This document shows positions 36,259 through 46,978 of a stretch of 64,000 bases of DNA, piece after piece. The stretch's first letter is position 1; each line of letters opens with the position of its first letter. This DNA is from an uncultured virus (IMG/VR IMGVR_UViG_3300033888_000043) (taxonomy: Duplodnaviria; Heunggongvirae; Uroviricota; Caudoviricetes). The notes beneath the pieces are model-generated. The model was not told the DNA's origin. It made no database searches and was given only the letters and a program-made list of their open reading frames with translations. The position numbers and the translations under genes are program-made. Where the stretch lies: the IMG/VR virus record IMGVR_UViG_3300033888_000043; one strand, written 5' to 3'.

Positions 36259-37524
36259 CTAGCCCCCAATTCTGACCGCCCATTCCGGCCTGATGGTCTT
36301 GAACCCGCCCAGCACTTCCAGGCGCGTGATGCGTTCGTTGGAGCCGATCAGGAAGCCGCGCGTCAGACGCATGGCCATGCCCAGCTTGGGATTGATGACC
36401 TGCTCGGACCAGTCCAAGCCGCCGGGGGTTTCCTGTTTCACAACGGCCAAAGTGAAGGCCTGCTTGTGGAAGCCCATGTTCTGCGGGCTGGTCACTCCGC
36501 CGATGCTGGAGAAGCTGGCATGGCCCACGAGGTACACGCTGATGGCCGCGCCGGCTGCCGGAGCGCTCACCACCGTCTGAAACGGGGAGGTGGTGTCGAA
36601 GTTGATGGGAGGCTCGATCGGGATCGTGGCCGCGCCGGTGTTGTCCGCCACCACGGGGGCCGTCACAACGAAGGTGCGCAGCTTGTTGGTGGAACGGAAG
36701 GACAGCGGGTTGGTGGCGATGCACGCCGTGGAGCCCGAGCCGATGGAGATGATGTCGCCCGGGTTCAGGATCGCCTGCGAGGCGTCCCAGCCACTGGTGA
36801 CGAGCGAGCTGCCGCTCTGGTTGGCGCCGTTGACGATCGGGTTGGAGGTCGGAGCGCCGGCGGTGCCGAGCGCGCCCACGACGGCCGCGGACACGTTCTG
36901 GTCCATGGACCACTTCCAGCCCACGGCCTTGCCCATGTTGCCGTACAGGTACTGGTCGGAGACTTCCTTGGTCGGCAGCAGGAAGTTGAAGTTGAAGCCC
37001 AGCACGTTGCCCTGGGCATCGGGGTTCACCACCAGCGAGCGGAACTGATCGGAGGTGGGGCAAGCCGCGTTCTCGAGCGCGATCTTGGCTTGCGTGTACG
37101 TCGCGAGAGACGCCGGGGTAACACCCGGTTGGCCCACGAAGTTGTACACGTATTGGTACTGGTCGAGGCCATCGCCGTCCATCATCTGAGCGATGATGGC
37201 GCTGGACGATTCGGTGTAGCGCTCGCCAAAGCGGTCGATGGTGAGCACCAGGTCCTGATCGGAGATCTGCAGATCCTGTCCCCAGAGGGTGTTGATGGTC
37301 ACGGGGACCATCTGCTCCTGGATCGCTTCGGGCTGTGCGGCGTCGCCGCGGCGGCCGCGGAAGCGGACCGGAATGCGGGCGTTCACCGTGTATCCGACCT
37401 TTTCATTCGGGACGGCGTAACTGTCGTCAAATTCCCTTGAGACGTACTTGCAAAAGACGGCGTTGTTATCCCACCGCTCCAAGGAGTCTTGTAGAATGGC
37501 GACCGGGTTTAGGAGGTCGTTCAT
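36259..37524 (-). CDS. Major capsid protein (P22 gp5-like coat)
   Basis: SREFDDSYA..KVGYTVNARIP, MDQNV, GANQSGSSL..G, L.PGD.I, QNMGFHKQAFTLA, TRLEVLGG....RPEWA; start ATG 37524 with GAGG SD. Confidence 0.93.
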   Translation of the reverse strand: MNDLLNPVAILQDSLERWDNNAVFCKYVSREFDDSYAVPNEKVGYTVNARIPVRFRGRRGDAAQPEAIQEQMVPVTINTLWGQDLQISDQDLVLTIDRFGERYTESSSAIIAQMMDGDGLDQYQYVYNFVGQPGVTPASLATYTQAKIALENAACPTSDQFRSLVVNPDAQGNVLGFNFNFLLPTKEVSDQYLYGNMGKAVGWKWSMDQNVSAAVVGALGTAGAPTSNPIVNGANQSGSSLVTSGWDASQAILNPGDIISIGSGSTACIATNPLSFRSTNKLRTFVVTAPVVADNTGAATIPIEPPINFDTTSPFQTVVSAPAAGAAISVYLVGHASFSSIGGVTSPQNMGFHKQAFTLAVVKQETPGGLDWSEQVINPKLGMAMRLTRGFLIGSNERITRLEVLGGFKTIRPEWAVRIGG

Positions 37525-37617
37525 TATGTTTTCCTCACGTCTCGCGACGTTAGTTTTGGTACCTGGATGGTACCGGTTATAGTTGAAGCGTAGCGCGTTA
37601 TGCACTACACTTGGAGC

Positions 37618-37761
37618 ATGGAACACAAGCAACCCAGCAGCTTTCGGCTTTCCGATGAAGCGCGGAGGCTCCTTGTAAAACTCGCCAAGCGGCTCAGCTT
37701 GTCTCAAACAGCCGTTATTGAACTGGCCATTCGGGAATACGCCAAGCAACCGCGAGGGTGA
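37618..37761 (+). CDS. Ribbon-helix-helix DNA-binding protein (47 aa)
   Basis: MEHKQPSSFRLSDEARRLLVKLAKRLSLSQTAVIELAIREYA. Confidence 0.8.
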   Translation: MEHKQPSSFRLSDEARRLLVKLAKRLSLSQTAVIELAIREYAKQPRG

Positions 37762-37764
37762 ATC

Positions 37765-38505
37765 ATGGATCTGGACGTTGTACGTTGCGGACGCTGTTTG
37801 CAGGAAAAGCCGCTGACATCCTTTGGGAACATCAGGCGAACCGGAAAAACCTGCAAGGACTGCCATCGTGCACGTATGCACGAGTGGCACCGCAACCATC
37901 CAGATTACAACCGAAAGTGGCTGGAGGCCCACGGTCGCAAAGTCGGCGACGACCGCAGGACAGGGAGGCCCAGTCTTTTTCGTTCGGTGGCGGAACGGCA
38001 GGAGCACAAAAAAGAGTACATGCGCCGCTGGCGCGAAAGCCACCCCAATAGCGCCCGGGAGTGGCGGAGCCGCAATCCCAACTACGGCCGCCAAAGAAAG
38101 CGAACTTCTCCCGACAAAGCGCGGGTCTATAACCAGAAATACAGGGACGGGAACGCCGCTGAACTTAATGCGAGGTCCAACGCCCGGCGAAGAGAGCGGC
38201 GCGTTACGGATGCCGAGTACGCCCAGCGAGAGCGGGATCGCTGCCTTCGTCAGTGGAAGAATCGCCGGTTCTCCCTTTGCGATCGAATTAAGCTGCTCCG
38301 TGCGCAGGATGGAAAATGCGCTAATCCGGCATGTCAAAAAGAATTGGGCGAGGCGTTCCACATCGACCACATAATACCTTTGGCGCGTGGTGGAACGAGT
38401 GATCCCGAGAATCTTCAACTTCTTTGCCCGCGCTGTAATTGCAGCAAGGGTGCCAAAGATCCCCAAGAGTGGCTGACGCAGGTAAGTTCGGAGCGTACAG
38501 CTTAA
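37765..38505 (+). CDS. HNH endonuclease, antisense insert between scaffold and coat
   Basis: QDGKCANPAC..HIDHIIPLARGGTS..ENLQLLCPRCNCSKG. Confidence 0.92.
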   Translation: MDLDVVRCGRCLQEKPLTSFGNIRRTGKTCKDCHRARMHEWHRNHPDYNRKWLEAHGRKVGDDRRTGRPSLFRSVAERQEHKKEYMRRWRESHPNSAREWRSRNPNYGRQRKRTSPDKARVYNQKYRDGNAAELNARSNARRRERRVTDAEYAQRERDRCLRQWKNRRFSLCDRIKLLRAQDGKCANPACQKELGEAFHIDHIIPLARGGTSDPENLQLLCPRCNCSKGAKDPQEWLTQVSSERTA

Positions 38506-38554
38506 ATGTGGCCCTGGATTCTGTCTCTCGACGGTATCGCGGGCCGCCTATAGG

Positions 38555-39739
38555 CTAGTTGCCGTACTCCGCTTTGCGCAGCCTCCGGAATTCCGCAGTC
38601 GGATCATTGGGAAATTTCGCAAGGTGCGCGGCCAGCGTGCCATCTTTCGTCATCTGAGACAACGATTTGACGGGGCTGGTAGAGCGCGCACCCGATCCAA
38701 CGGGACTCGGGGGGGCTGGCTTGGGAGCCGGCGCGGGCGAAGCCGCGCGGGGAGCGGGAGCAACCTTCGAAGGCGCTGGAGCTGCAGCGGCAGCGGCGAC
38801 AGCCGCCACCGGTTGGGCAGCGGGCTGTGTTTCCTCGATGGGGTCGTCGTCCTCGGCGATCGCGGCGAGTTCCGGCAGCTCGATCTTCCCCAGCTCTTGC
38901 ACGGCCAGGGCGAGTTTTTTCCGGTACTGCACGATGGTTTCGCCTTCGTTGAACTTCGTGGCGATACAGATCTTGTTGGCTTCGGTCGGGTGGGTTGCCA
39001 GCCAGTAGGCCAGCTCCGCGCCATGGTCGAAAGACCAAAGGGCCTGGTTCATCACGTCGTTCGTTATGTCGACATCGTGTTGCTGAGCAATCACGACATC
39101 AAAGTCGTCATGCCGCGCCTTGGCTTCGTCGATCTGGCTCTTACGCCAGTTTTCGAATGCCTCCTGGTCGCGGGTGTCGGAATCTTTACGGGCCTGCGCT
39201 TCGGTTTCGCGGGCGGCGGTGGTTACCTTCTCGCGGTCGATGCGCGCGCGCTCGTCGTAGCGCCAGTCGGCGATGGCTTCGACGAATGCGGGATCGTAGA
39301 CTCCGTTTTCGTAATCTTCGGGTTTCGGCTTGGGAGCGGGCTGCTCGGCAGCAGTGGGCTGTGCCTGGTGGCTGGTGGCTGGCTCGGCAGCGACCGGCTC
39401 GGCGGCGGCGGCCGGCGCCGCGGCGGCCGGCGTTGCTTTGCGGGCCGCTTCCAATTCCTGTTTCAGCCGCTCGTTCTCGGCGGCCGTGGTTTCCCATTTC
39501 TTTTTGTAGCCGCTCGACGGTTTGGGCGCGGGCGGCGCGGCGGGTTCCGCGGCGGCAACCGGTTCGGCAACTGGCTCAACCGGCGCGTCGGTGGCCGGTG
39601 CTGGTTCGGCGGGCGGGACTTGGCCGCCTTCGTCGGAGTGGGTTTCGACCGTCGAGCCGGTGAAGCCGAGGTCGGCCAGAACTTTCTCTACCACTTTGGG
39701 GTCCTGGCGAGTTTCAAACGTCAAATCTTCGGTGTTCAT
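38555..39739 (-). CDS. Scaffolding protein
   Basis: Acidic P/A/E-rich, KPKPEDY, GAELAYWLA.HP.EA, between portal and coat. Confidence 0.85.
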   Translation of the reverse strand: MNTEDLTFETRQDPKVVEKVLADLGFTGSTVETHSDEGGQVPPAEPAPATDAPVEPVAEPVAAAEPAAPPAPKPSSGYKKKWETTAAENERLKQELEAARKATPAAAAPAAAAEPVAAEPATSHQAQPTAAEQPAPKPKPEDYENGVYDPAFVEAIADWRYDERARIDREKVTTAARETEAQARKDSDTRDQEAFENWRKSQIDEAKARHDDFDVVIAQQHDVDITNDVMNQALWSFDHGAELAYWLATHPTEANKICIATKFNEGETIVQYRKKLALAVQELGKIELPELAAIAEDDDPIEETQPAAQPVAAVAAAAAAPAPSKVAPAPRAASPAPAPKPAPPSPVGSGARSTSPVKSLSQMTKDGTLAAHLAKFPNDPTAEFRRLRKAEYGN

Positions 39740-39797
39740 AAAATGGGGTGTCTGAACGGTTAGTGAAGCTGAAAGCTGGCTGCTGATGGCTGAAAGC

Positions 39798-42077
39798 CTA
39801 TGCCGCTTGCGGCATCGGCTCGGAAGCTGGCGGCGCGCCGGCGGCTGCGGGCTGCTGCTGGGCTTGCGCGGCCTGCTGCGCGTCGGCCTGCTGTTGCTGT
39901 CCCTGCTGCTGGAGCTGTTGCTGGTGCTGCTGGTCGGAAAGTTCCTTCTGGTGCTGCTGCTCGTCGCGTTGCGCCTGCAGTTGGTAAACCTGGTCGATCT
40001 TCTGATTGATCGCCGCGTACTGGGATTGGAACATCTGCAAGGCCTGATCGCTGCCCAGCTTCAGATCGGCTATTGCTAATTGGGTAGCGTTATTCCCGGC
40101 GGCGATGCGCTCTTTCGATTCGTTCTGGATGCGCTGGGTTTTCAACTCTTCGGCTTGCGCCGTCATCTGCGTGTTCATGGCCTGCAGGAGTTGCTGCATT
40201 TGGACGATCTGCTGCTGAACCTGCGGCGGTACCGGGGCTTGGCCTTCCTGCTGTTGCGCCACGTCGGGCGGTCTTAGGCGGTCCGCGATTTCGTCGATGC
40301 CCGGAACGTCGAAGGTTTTCAGAATCAGATCCAGCGCCCGAGTCATGGCCTGCGGCATGGCTTGATATAGCTGGAATAACTGTTCCTGAGCTTGCGCCCG
40401 CCGCGATGCGTAACTCGGCCCTGACCCGAGAGTCACGTCGTACCTTGCAGCGCTCTTGATGTCGTAGATCCGGTCCACACCCTTGTTGTCGGTGTGTTTC
40501 TTGTTGAGCCACACCTGCCGCACTGAGCCGTCCGGATCGAAGACGGTCTCCAATCTTTCCTCGTCGTAGATCTTGGGCGCCAGATCTACCAGGATGCGAA
40601 GCACGTGCATCTGGGAGATGGCCAGATTGTCGTGGTAGTTGAAGTGGGCGTTATCGCCTTGCCGCTGGATGGCGAGAATCGCTCTGCCCGACTGATCCGG
40701 CTGGGACTCGCCCATGTCCGGGCGGTACATGCTGGTGGTCGCGCGGATATCGTCCGCCGCGTGTGCGATGGCCTGGGTGATGTCCTGGGTATTTACGGCA
40801 GGCGAAATGCGCTGCGGCGGCGGGACTGGGATAGGACCGGTTCCCGTGTCCTGCACTTGCGGGTCGTACTCGAGGTAAGCCTGCGCCACGCGGTTGCAGT
40901 TGGCCCACTTGGCCGCGTAGTTCTCGATCTGGTTCTTGGCTACCAGCCATTGACTGATAGGAGCCAGCCCGATGGCTTCGGCTTCCTTCGAGCGCATGAA
41001 GTCATAGGACAGGTTGGCATCCATGGCCGGCCTGACCATGCCGCGCACCGTTCGCTTGCCCTCGACGATGACCTCGCGGCCGATGATCGGTACAATCGGT
41101 ATCCACTTGCCCGGCCAGGTCCAGCGGTCCAGGATTTCGACGCCGTTGAGCTTGTAGCCCTTGACGGTTTTCTTTGTGGTGGGGCGCCACGCTCTTACCC
41201 TGTCTTGTTCGGTGATCTCGTCCTCGCGCTTGATCTGCCCGTCCTCGAGCTGTGCCAGTCTGCCGCGCTTGGTGAGCACCTTCCAGAATTCGGCTGTTCT
41301 TACGCTGCCGGTTGGAAACCAGTCTTTGCGAATCTGATCGCCGACGCTCTGGAAATCGAAGAGGCTGGCAACCTTGGAATCGGGGTAGGTCTCCTTGTAG
41401 ACCTGCGTGTCGAGGTCCTCGGTGACCATGCAGCGGCGCATGTCCGAGTAATCGAACTCGTCGGCCGAGGGATCGGGATAAACCGTGAAGGGATTGGCGA
41501 CACGCCGCAAAACGATCTTCTGTTTGAAGCTGTCGTCCTCTTCCCAAACCGTCAACACGCGCACCCAGCCGCGGCCGCACTTCACGGCATGCTCATAGCC
41601 GGTTGCCCAGACCACGCGGGCGTTGCTGTCGTTGTCGATGTTTCTTACGAGACCCTGCAGGACCTCGGCGGTTTCCTTGTCGGCGCCTTCACCCACCGGA
41701 CTGATTCTCGGCTCCGGGGGAGATTGGCGGGCGTCGTTGACCACTTGGTCGACGGCGGGGCCGATCCTATCGAAGACCAAACACGGGCGCCCCCTGCGCT
41801 CTTCGAGCATCTGGGCATCCCAATGTTTCAGTCCGTCGACGAATTCGAATTCCTGCCGCGCGCGCTCCCGAAACGGCTGCTCCCAGCTTGCTACCGCGGT
41901 GAAGTACTCGTGCGCTTCGACGAGGATGTCTTCGTCGGTCAGGCCGTCTTCGTCGGTCTCGACCTTCGGTTCTTCCTTGTGCGCCGAGAGTACGGATAAA
42001 GGAGTATGCCGGCTTCCCGACTCCATGGAGGGGTCGAAGCTGGTGCGGGTTTCCGAGGGTGGAAGCTGGGGAGACAT
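39798..42077 (-). CDS. Portal protein (P22 gp1-like)
   Basis: RGRPCLVFDRI, D.ETAE.L.G, WPGKWIPIVP, GMVR.AMD, SGRAI...Q.QGD, YDV....GPSYASRR; Q-rich C-terminal barrel; exact start uncertain. Confidence 0.93.
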   Translation of the reverse strand: MSPQLPPSETRTSFDPSMESGSRHTPLSVLSAHKEEPKVETDEDGLTDEDILVEAHEYFTAVASWEQPFRERARQEFEFVDGLKHWDAQMLEERRGRPCLVFDRIGPAVDQVVNDARQSPPEPRISPVGEGADKETAEVLQGLVRNIDNDSNARVVWATGYEHAVKCGRGWVRVLTVWEEDDSFKQKIVLRRVANPFTVYPDPSADEFDYSDMRRCMVTEDLDTQVYKETYPDSKVASLFDFQSVGDQIRKDWFPTGSVRTAEFWKVLTKRGRLAQLEDGQIKREDEITEQDRVRAWRPTTKKTVKGYKLNGVEILDRWTWPGKWIPIVPIIGREVIVEGKRTVRGMVRPAMDANLSYDFMRSKEAEAIGLAPISQWLVAKNQIENYAAKWANCNRVAQAYLEYDPQVQDTGTGPIPVPPPQRISPAVNTQDITQAIAHAADDIRATTSMYRPDMGESQPDQSGRAILAIQRQGDNAHFNYHDNLAISQMHVLRILVDLAPKIYDEERLETVFDPDGSVRQVWLNKKHTDNKGVDRIYDIKSAARYDVTLGSGPSYASRRAQAQEQLFQLYQAMPQAMTRALDLILKTFDVPGIDEIADRLRPPDVAQQQEGQAPVPPQVQQQIVQMQQLLQAMNTQMTAQAEELKTQRIQNESKERIAAGNNATQLAIADLKLGSDQALQMFQSQYAAINQKIDQVYQLQAQRDEQQHQKELSDQQHQQQLQQQGQQQQADAQQAAQAQQQPAAAGAPPASEPMPQAA

Positions 42078-42159
42078 GAGCGGGAGAGGGGGTGAGCGGG
42101 CGAGGGGGCGGCACGGCGGCGTTTCCAGCCACCAGCCACCGCCCACTATCCACCGTTCT

Positions 42160-44253
42160 TTACGCCGCGTCGCCCGATGCGGGCGTGGCGCCGGCGTCAT
42201 CTGCGTCGGGCTCGCCGTGACACTGGGCCGAGTAGGCGTGGGCGTCGTCGGAGTTATCGAACACCGCGGGCGGTTCGGAGGGCGGATACTGCGGGTTGCC
42301 GTTCTCGTCCGGCATGGGGTCGTGCTCTTTCGAGACCATGAAGCCGTTCTTGGCTTTGCTGATGGTCGTGGAGCGCACCGGGCCGCGCTTGGCTTTCTTG
42401 CCTTTACCTTTGGACATCGAGATCGATGAGAGTTTCATAGGGGAATCCTTTGGGGTTTAGCTTTCAGCTTTCAGCTTTCAGCTCTCAGGTTTCAGCAGTT
42501 CTGTTGGCCGCAAGCGTCTCCAAATCCGAGGCGGCTGTTGACGGTGCGAACGAAACCGACCGCTTGCGCGGCGCTCGTACATGCCTGCGATATGAGGTCT
42601 TGCAGGGAAAGGTGCCGGGGTGTAACTGCGAGCGGTTCCTTTTCCGGTAACGGCGCGAACAATCCCTCGTGTAGGGTGACTAGTTCGCTGTCGAGCGTCT
42701 CCAGCCAGTTGCGGAGTTCCGCGGCCTGTTTGACGACACTGGGTTCGGACGGCGCTGGGCAGTCCGAGTGTTGGTTGCGTTGGTTGTTATTTATCATGCC
42801 CAACTGCGTTTATGAAATCGTTGCGAGCCTGGCCACCCGGCAGTTCAGTGCGACGGGGGCGCGCTTGCACGGGAAGCCCGGTATCTTGGCGAGAGTTTCG
42901 TCACTCCACGCCATCGCTACGTTCTCCGCAAATTCCACCGCGGCATCCGCGCTGATGAAGTCGTGGCCGTCGTCTGGGGAATCCAGCACGCACTTCGGGA
43001 CGTAGAAGTAGAGGCGGTACCAGTATTCCTCGCCGATTGGCATCGCGACGCGCGCCAGGATGCGGCCGGTGCCGTGCACCATTACGTTGCTGTCGAAGCG
43101 CTCGCCTTCGGGGTTGCGCCCGGCGTGGCGCTCCCAAGTGAAATCGTTGCGGGTCATACGCCCTTGCGCATCGCGCCGTAAATGATCGCGCCGCCGGCCT
43201 GGGTGTTGAAGCCGAGGCGCTCCAGGAGTTCGGCGTACTCGTAGAGAAACTTCTGCCGGGCCCAGTGGAGATATTCGGTGTAGGAGCCGATGGCGTACTG
43301 CGTGCCGGATAAGGCTCGCTCGCCCCCTCGCCCGCTCACCCCCTCGCTGTGTCGCTTCAACTGGTCGCCGCCCCTTTACCCTCGGGCATAAATTGGCTCA
43401 CCTTCGTCGGCAGCTTTACCGAGCGCGGAAGATACAGGCTGGCCATAGAGCGAAACCCCGTGCCGCCAGCCGTGGGGGATCCGATCAACTTGGGCTTCTT
43501 GAGCGTCTCGCGGAACAGCGTCGGGGTTTTCGAGATGTTGGGGGTTTTGGTGCTGAAGGTCATGGCTGTAAACCCGGTGGCTGGTGGATAGTGGCTGGTG
43601 GCTGGTGGTTTAGCTGAGTGCTGAAAGCTGAAAGCTGAAAGCTACTTGAATATCTCCATCAGCACGGCGCGCGCCCGCGCGTACCGCTTGCACTCAGAGC
43701 AGGCGCATTGCGCCCCGGCCGCTTCAACATGGTCGAGGAGGTATTCCAGTTGCTCGATCAGGATGTCGCCTTCGTCAGCGGCCAGCGCGGCGGCGGGTGA
43801 TTTGACTTCCGTTGCAGGCTCCATGATGCCGCCTTGGTGCTTGGGCTTCGAGGTTGAGGCTCCGCTGGAATTGCGCGTTTTCGCTTTCGCACCAGGCGGC
43901 GTGCGGCCCGCGGCCGAAGACGCATCGCTCGCAGCATTTTTCGGTGGACGGCGCATAGGGACGGCTCATCAGGTCGGTCATAAAGGGGTAATGCTTTCGG
44001 CTCTGAGATCCGCCAGCCGCGCCACGTAGCGCTCGTAGCAGCGCGCGATGCGTGCGTCGCGGGTTTCGCGCGTCTCGATCTGCGTCGCTTCCGGCGAGAG
44101 GTTCGCCGGGTCGATGGATTCGAGCGGCCCGGCTTTCAGCATCAGCCGGACTAGATCTTTCACTACCGCGCGTACGGCTGCGTCCCAGGCGGTTCCCGTG
44201 TCGCCATCGTTTGCCAGCCAGGCGGCGTGGGCGATCTGTGCGAGGTGCGTCAT
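42160..44253 (-). other. Run of small hypothetical CDSs (42160..42438, 42492..42803, 42810..43157, 43154..43360, 43357..43563, ~43642..43827, 43775..43981, 43978..44253)
   Basis: Co-oriented, abutting or overlapping ORFs between terL and portal. Confidence 0.6.
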
Positions 44254-44414
44254 GGAAAGTAGGGTAGTGGTGTTAGGTTGTGTTGGTTTTCAACTCTGCT
44301 AAAATCTCGAATGGCCGCCTAGCCCTGGCCTCATGAACTAGGGCGAAGCGCGGGAACCTTGACCTGCCCGGCGGCCAATTTCACATCAGGGGATCGCTGC
44401 AAGGAGCGACGAGC

Positions 44415-44618
44415 GTGGAGCCGATCAAAGATCCTGTCCCTGGCAACTACTACGGCTACCAGTGTCGCTGTGGCGAGCTTATGCTCTTGATGCCCGAGCC
44501 GGAGAAGGCTGCCGATCCACCCTTCAGGGGAACCGAGCCGATACCCGTTACCTGTCCGAGTTGCGGGCAAAAGTCGGCAGAGCCTTCCATTTCGTGGAAG
44601 CGCTTCGAGATATCGTAA
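44415..44618 (+). CDS. Small zinc-ribbon passenger protein
   Basis: CRCG and CPSCG; AAGGAG SD. Confidence 0.65.
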   Translation: MEPIKDPVPGNYYGYQCRCGELMLLMPEPEKAADPPFRGTEPIPVTCPSCGQKSAEPSISWKRFEIS

Positions 44619-45141
44619 AGAGCGGAGCCAACGGAGTCTGGCCGTCCTCATCGCGCAAGAAGGGCAGCGTGTCGGTGTCGATTGGCCCTGTTTCGATCCC
44701 CAGTGTTCTGGCTTCCCCCGCCTCCTGGAGGACACGGCTGTTATGTTGGGCGATCTCGTCTCTGTCCATGAAGTACTCCTGCTAAAATCTTTTGAGCCGG
44801 GCGAGCGGACATTCCCGGACAGCTACCCCTATGAGCAACTGGCGACCATGAAGAAATTGGGAGAGGTCGAGAAGGTCGGAGCGAAATATCATCCGGCAAA
44901 GCCCGAGGCTAAGGCTGTGGCCGCCGTGACGCAGGGATAACGATCTTCGAAAGAAGCGGGCGGAAAAGGGGCCTTTTGCAAGGCCGCCTCTCCGCACGTA
45001 AACGATGGCGTTCCAGTGTTCACAGCACTGAGCGCCAAGAAAGGAGGTGACGCCTATCGAACCACCATAAATGGTGAGTATCCAACTTGAGCAACACCCC
45101 TAGTATCCGGCTTTTGGCTGTGAATCACAAGGAGATTCACA

Positions 45142-46095
45142 GTGACGTGCCACAACTGCCGGACAGAAATGACCAGACATGGAAAGCGCCGCGATGGAAC
45201 GCCGCGCTTCCGTTGCTCTCAATGCGGTAAGACATTCAGCCAGCCGAAACAATACGGTGTGATAGGCCACAAGCAAATTGACGAAGACCGGGCGCTCCTG
45301 GCCTTGACGCTCATCGTTGAGGGCAACAGCATCCGAAGCGCAGCCCGCATCACGGGCCTCGAAAAACGGACTATCATGAAACTTGTGGTGGACGCGGGCC
45401 AGCGATGCGAAGCGCTTCTCGATACCAGGATTCAGAACGTCCCGGTGTCCGACGTGCAGGCCGATGAAATCTGGGGGTTCGTGGGTAAGAAGGAAGGCCA
45501 CAAGAACCCTTTTGAGGGCGACGATATGTACCTGGGCGATGCGTGGTGCTTTATCGGGATCGAACGCCATTCCAAGCTGGTGCTCTGCTTTGAACTCGGC
45601 AAGCGGACGGAAACCAGCGCGGGCCGGTTCATGAAGAAGCTGGCCGCCGCTACCAACCCCGGCCAGCGCTTCCAACTGACCACCGATGGCTTACCGGCCT
45701 ATCCCTTCGCGGTCGGGAACCACCTGGGCGACCGCGTGGACTACGCGCAACTCATCAAGGTGTACGCGCAGACGCCCGAAGGCGAACGCCGCTACAGCCC
45801 CCCGGAAGTGGTCAGCGCGGAATCAAAGCCCGTCTCGGGAGACCCAGACATGCAACGAATCTGCACGTCCCATATCGAGCGCCAGAACGGCAGCTTGCGC
45901 CAGTGGTGCAAGCGGCTCACCCGTTTGACGTATGCCTTCAGCAAGAAGTGGGAGAACTTGAAAGCGGCCCTGGCGCTCCACTTCGCGTACTACAACTTCT
46001 GCCGGATTCACCGCACCATCAAGGCGACCCCGGCTATGGCGGCGGGGCTTGCGGAGGATCGGTGGACGCTGGCCGGATTGCTGGCGGCGGCGTAG
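45142..46095 (+). CDS. IS1-family transposase (single ORF)
   Basis: CHNC..G..RFRCSQCGKTF Zn finger, EGNSIRSAARITG HTH, ADEIWGFVGKK, TTDG, TSHIERQN..LR. Confidence 0.93.
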   Translation: MTCHNCRTEMTRHGKRRDGTPRFRCSQCGKTFSQPKQYGVIGHKQIDEDRALLALTLIVEGNSIRSAARITGLEKRTIMKLVVDAGQRCEALLDTRIQNVPVSDVQADEIWGFVGKKEGHKNPFEGDDMYLGDAWCFIGIERHSKLVLCFELGKRTETSAGRFMKKLAAATNPGQRFQLTTDGLPAYPFAVGNHLGDRVDYAQLIKVYAQTPEGERRYSPPEVVSAESKPVSGDPDMQRICTSHIERQNGSLRQWCKRLTRLTYAFSKKWENLKAALALHFAYYNFCRIHRTIKATPAMAAGLAEDRWTLAGLLAAA

Positions 46096-46357
46096 ACGCC
46101 ATGCCCCACGGTTACCATCATCGACGGAACGGGGGCAGACGCTACACGCCCCCTGTCCCTGCTGTGGACCCCTTTATAGCCCAGTTCTCAGGGTGGCTAT
46201 CATCGCTGAGAACTTACCTGCAAAGTCCGCTTGAAGTGGCGAACTGTCAAACCAGCTCAGGAGCGCCTTTACATTCCCCGCTGGCGCCCGACTCGCCCGT
46301 TGAAGTGCCGCCGCCGCCTCACACGCCTACGTCAGAGTACGGTGGGCATACAAACAG

Positions 46358-46978
46358 TTGAAGGAGCTTGACGCGCAATGTTCCAAGAGGAGCCGGGTAC
46401 TGAAGGCTAAGGTCCGCTACCCGAAGATTGTCAACAAGCTTCCTGAGCGTGTCCGCAACTTGTTTGCGTTTCCCGGTTCCAGGATGCCTTACCTGTCCCA
46501 GATTGTAACGGGGCAAATTGTCAACGGGCTTCGTTCTGCCCTCGACTATTTGGTGGCGGCCTTGGCTGCACTGGACTCGGGTTTGCGGAACGGGAAAACT
46601 CAATTTCCGGTTGAAAGCTGCGCGAAGTGCTTTTGCGGTCGCAAGACCACCTTTTTGAAAGGGCTTAACGGCGCCCACGTAGCAGCTATCGAGAAGTTGC
46701 AACCGTACAACGGATGCGTATGGACGAAGCGAATGGCCGCGCTGAGCAACCTGGACAAGCACAACGCGCTCATTCCGGCCAAGATGGATTTTGTCTACGG
46801 TGGGACTTTTGATCCGATAGAGGGCACAAAAAGAAACCCCTCCAGATACAAAGTGCGCGTGAACGTCACGCCGACCGTTTATGTACGCGTCGGAGAGGAA
46901 TTCGAACTCATGGAGGCGATCCGAGAAATCTATACGGGCGTTGCTCAGACGCTTGATCGCTTCAATCCCGAGTTCTAG
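46358..46978 (+). CDS. Passenger protein of unknown function
   Basis: G.IVN.LRSALDYLV..QFP..I...QPY..L.NLDKH pattern. Confidence 0.7.
   Translation: MKELDAQCSKRSRVLKAKVRYPKIVNKLPERVRNLFAFPGSRMPYLSQIVTGQIVNGLRSALDYLVAALAALDSGLRNGKTQFPVESCAKCFCGRKTTFLKGLNGAHVAAIEKLQPYNGCVWTKRMAALSNLDKHNALIPAKMDFVYGGTFDPIEGTKRNPSRYKVRVNVTPTVYVRVGEEFELMEAIREIYTGVAQTLDRFNPEF

Noticed and set aside
36259..38466. 735-aa coat ORF suggesting an intein or long N-terminal extension
   Set aside because: The extension is the antisense of the RHH and HNH genes; the coat starts at 37524 behind a GAGG SD.
13453..38505. HNH genes as group I intron-encoded endonucleases
   Set aside because: All three lie between intact genes on the opposite strand and interrupt no CDS, so they are free-standing.
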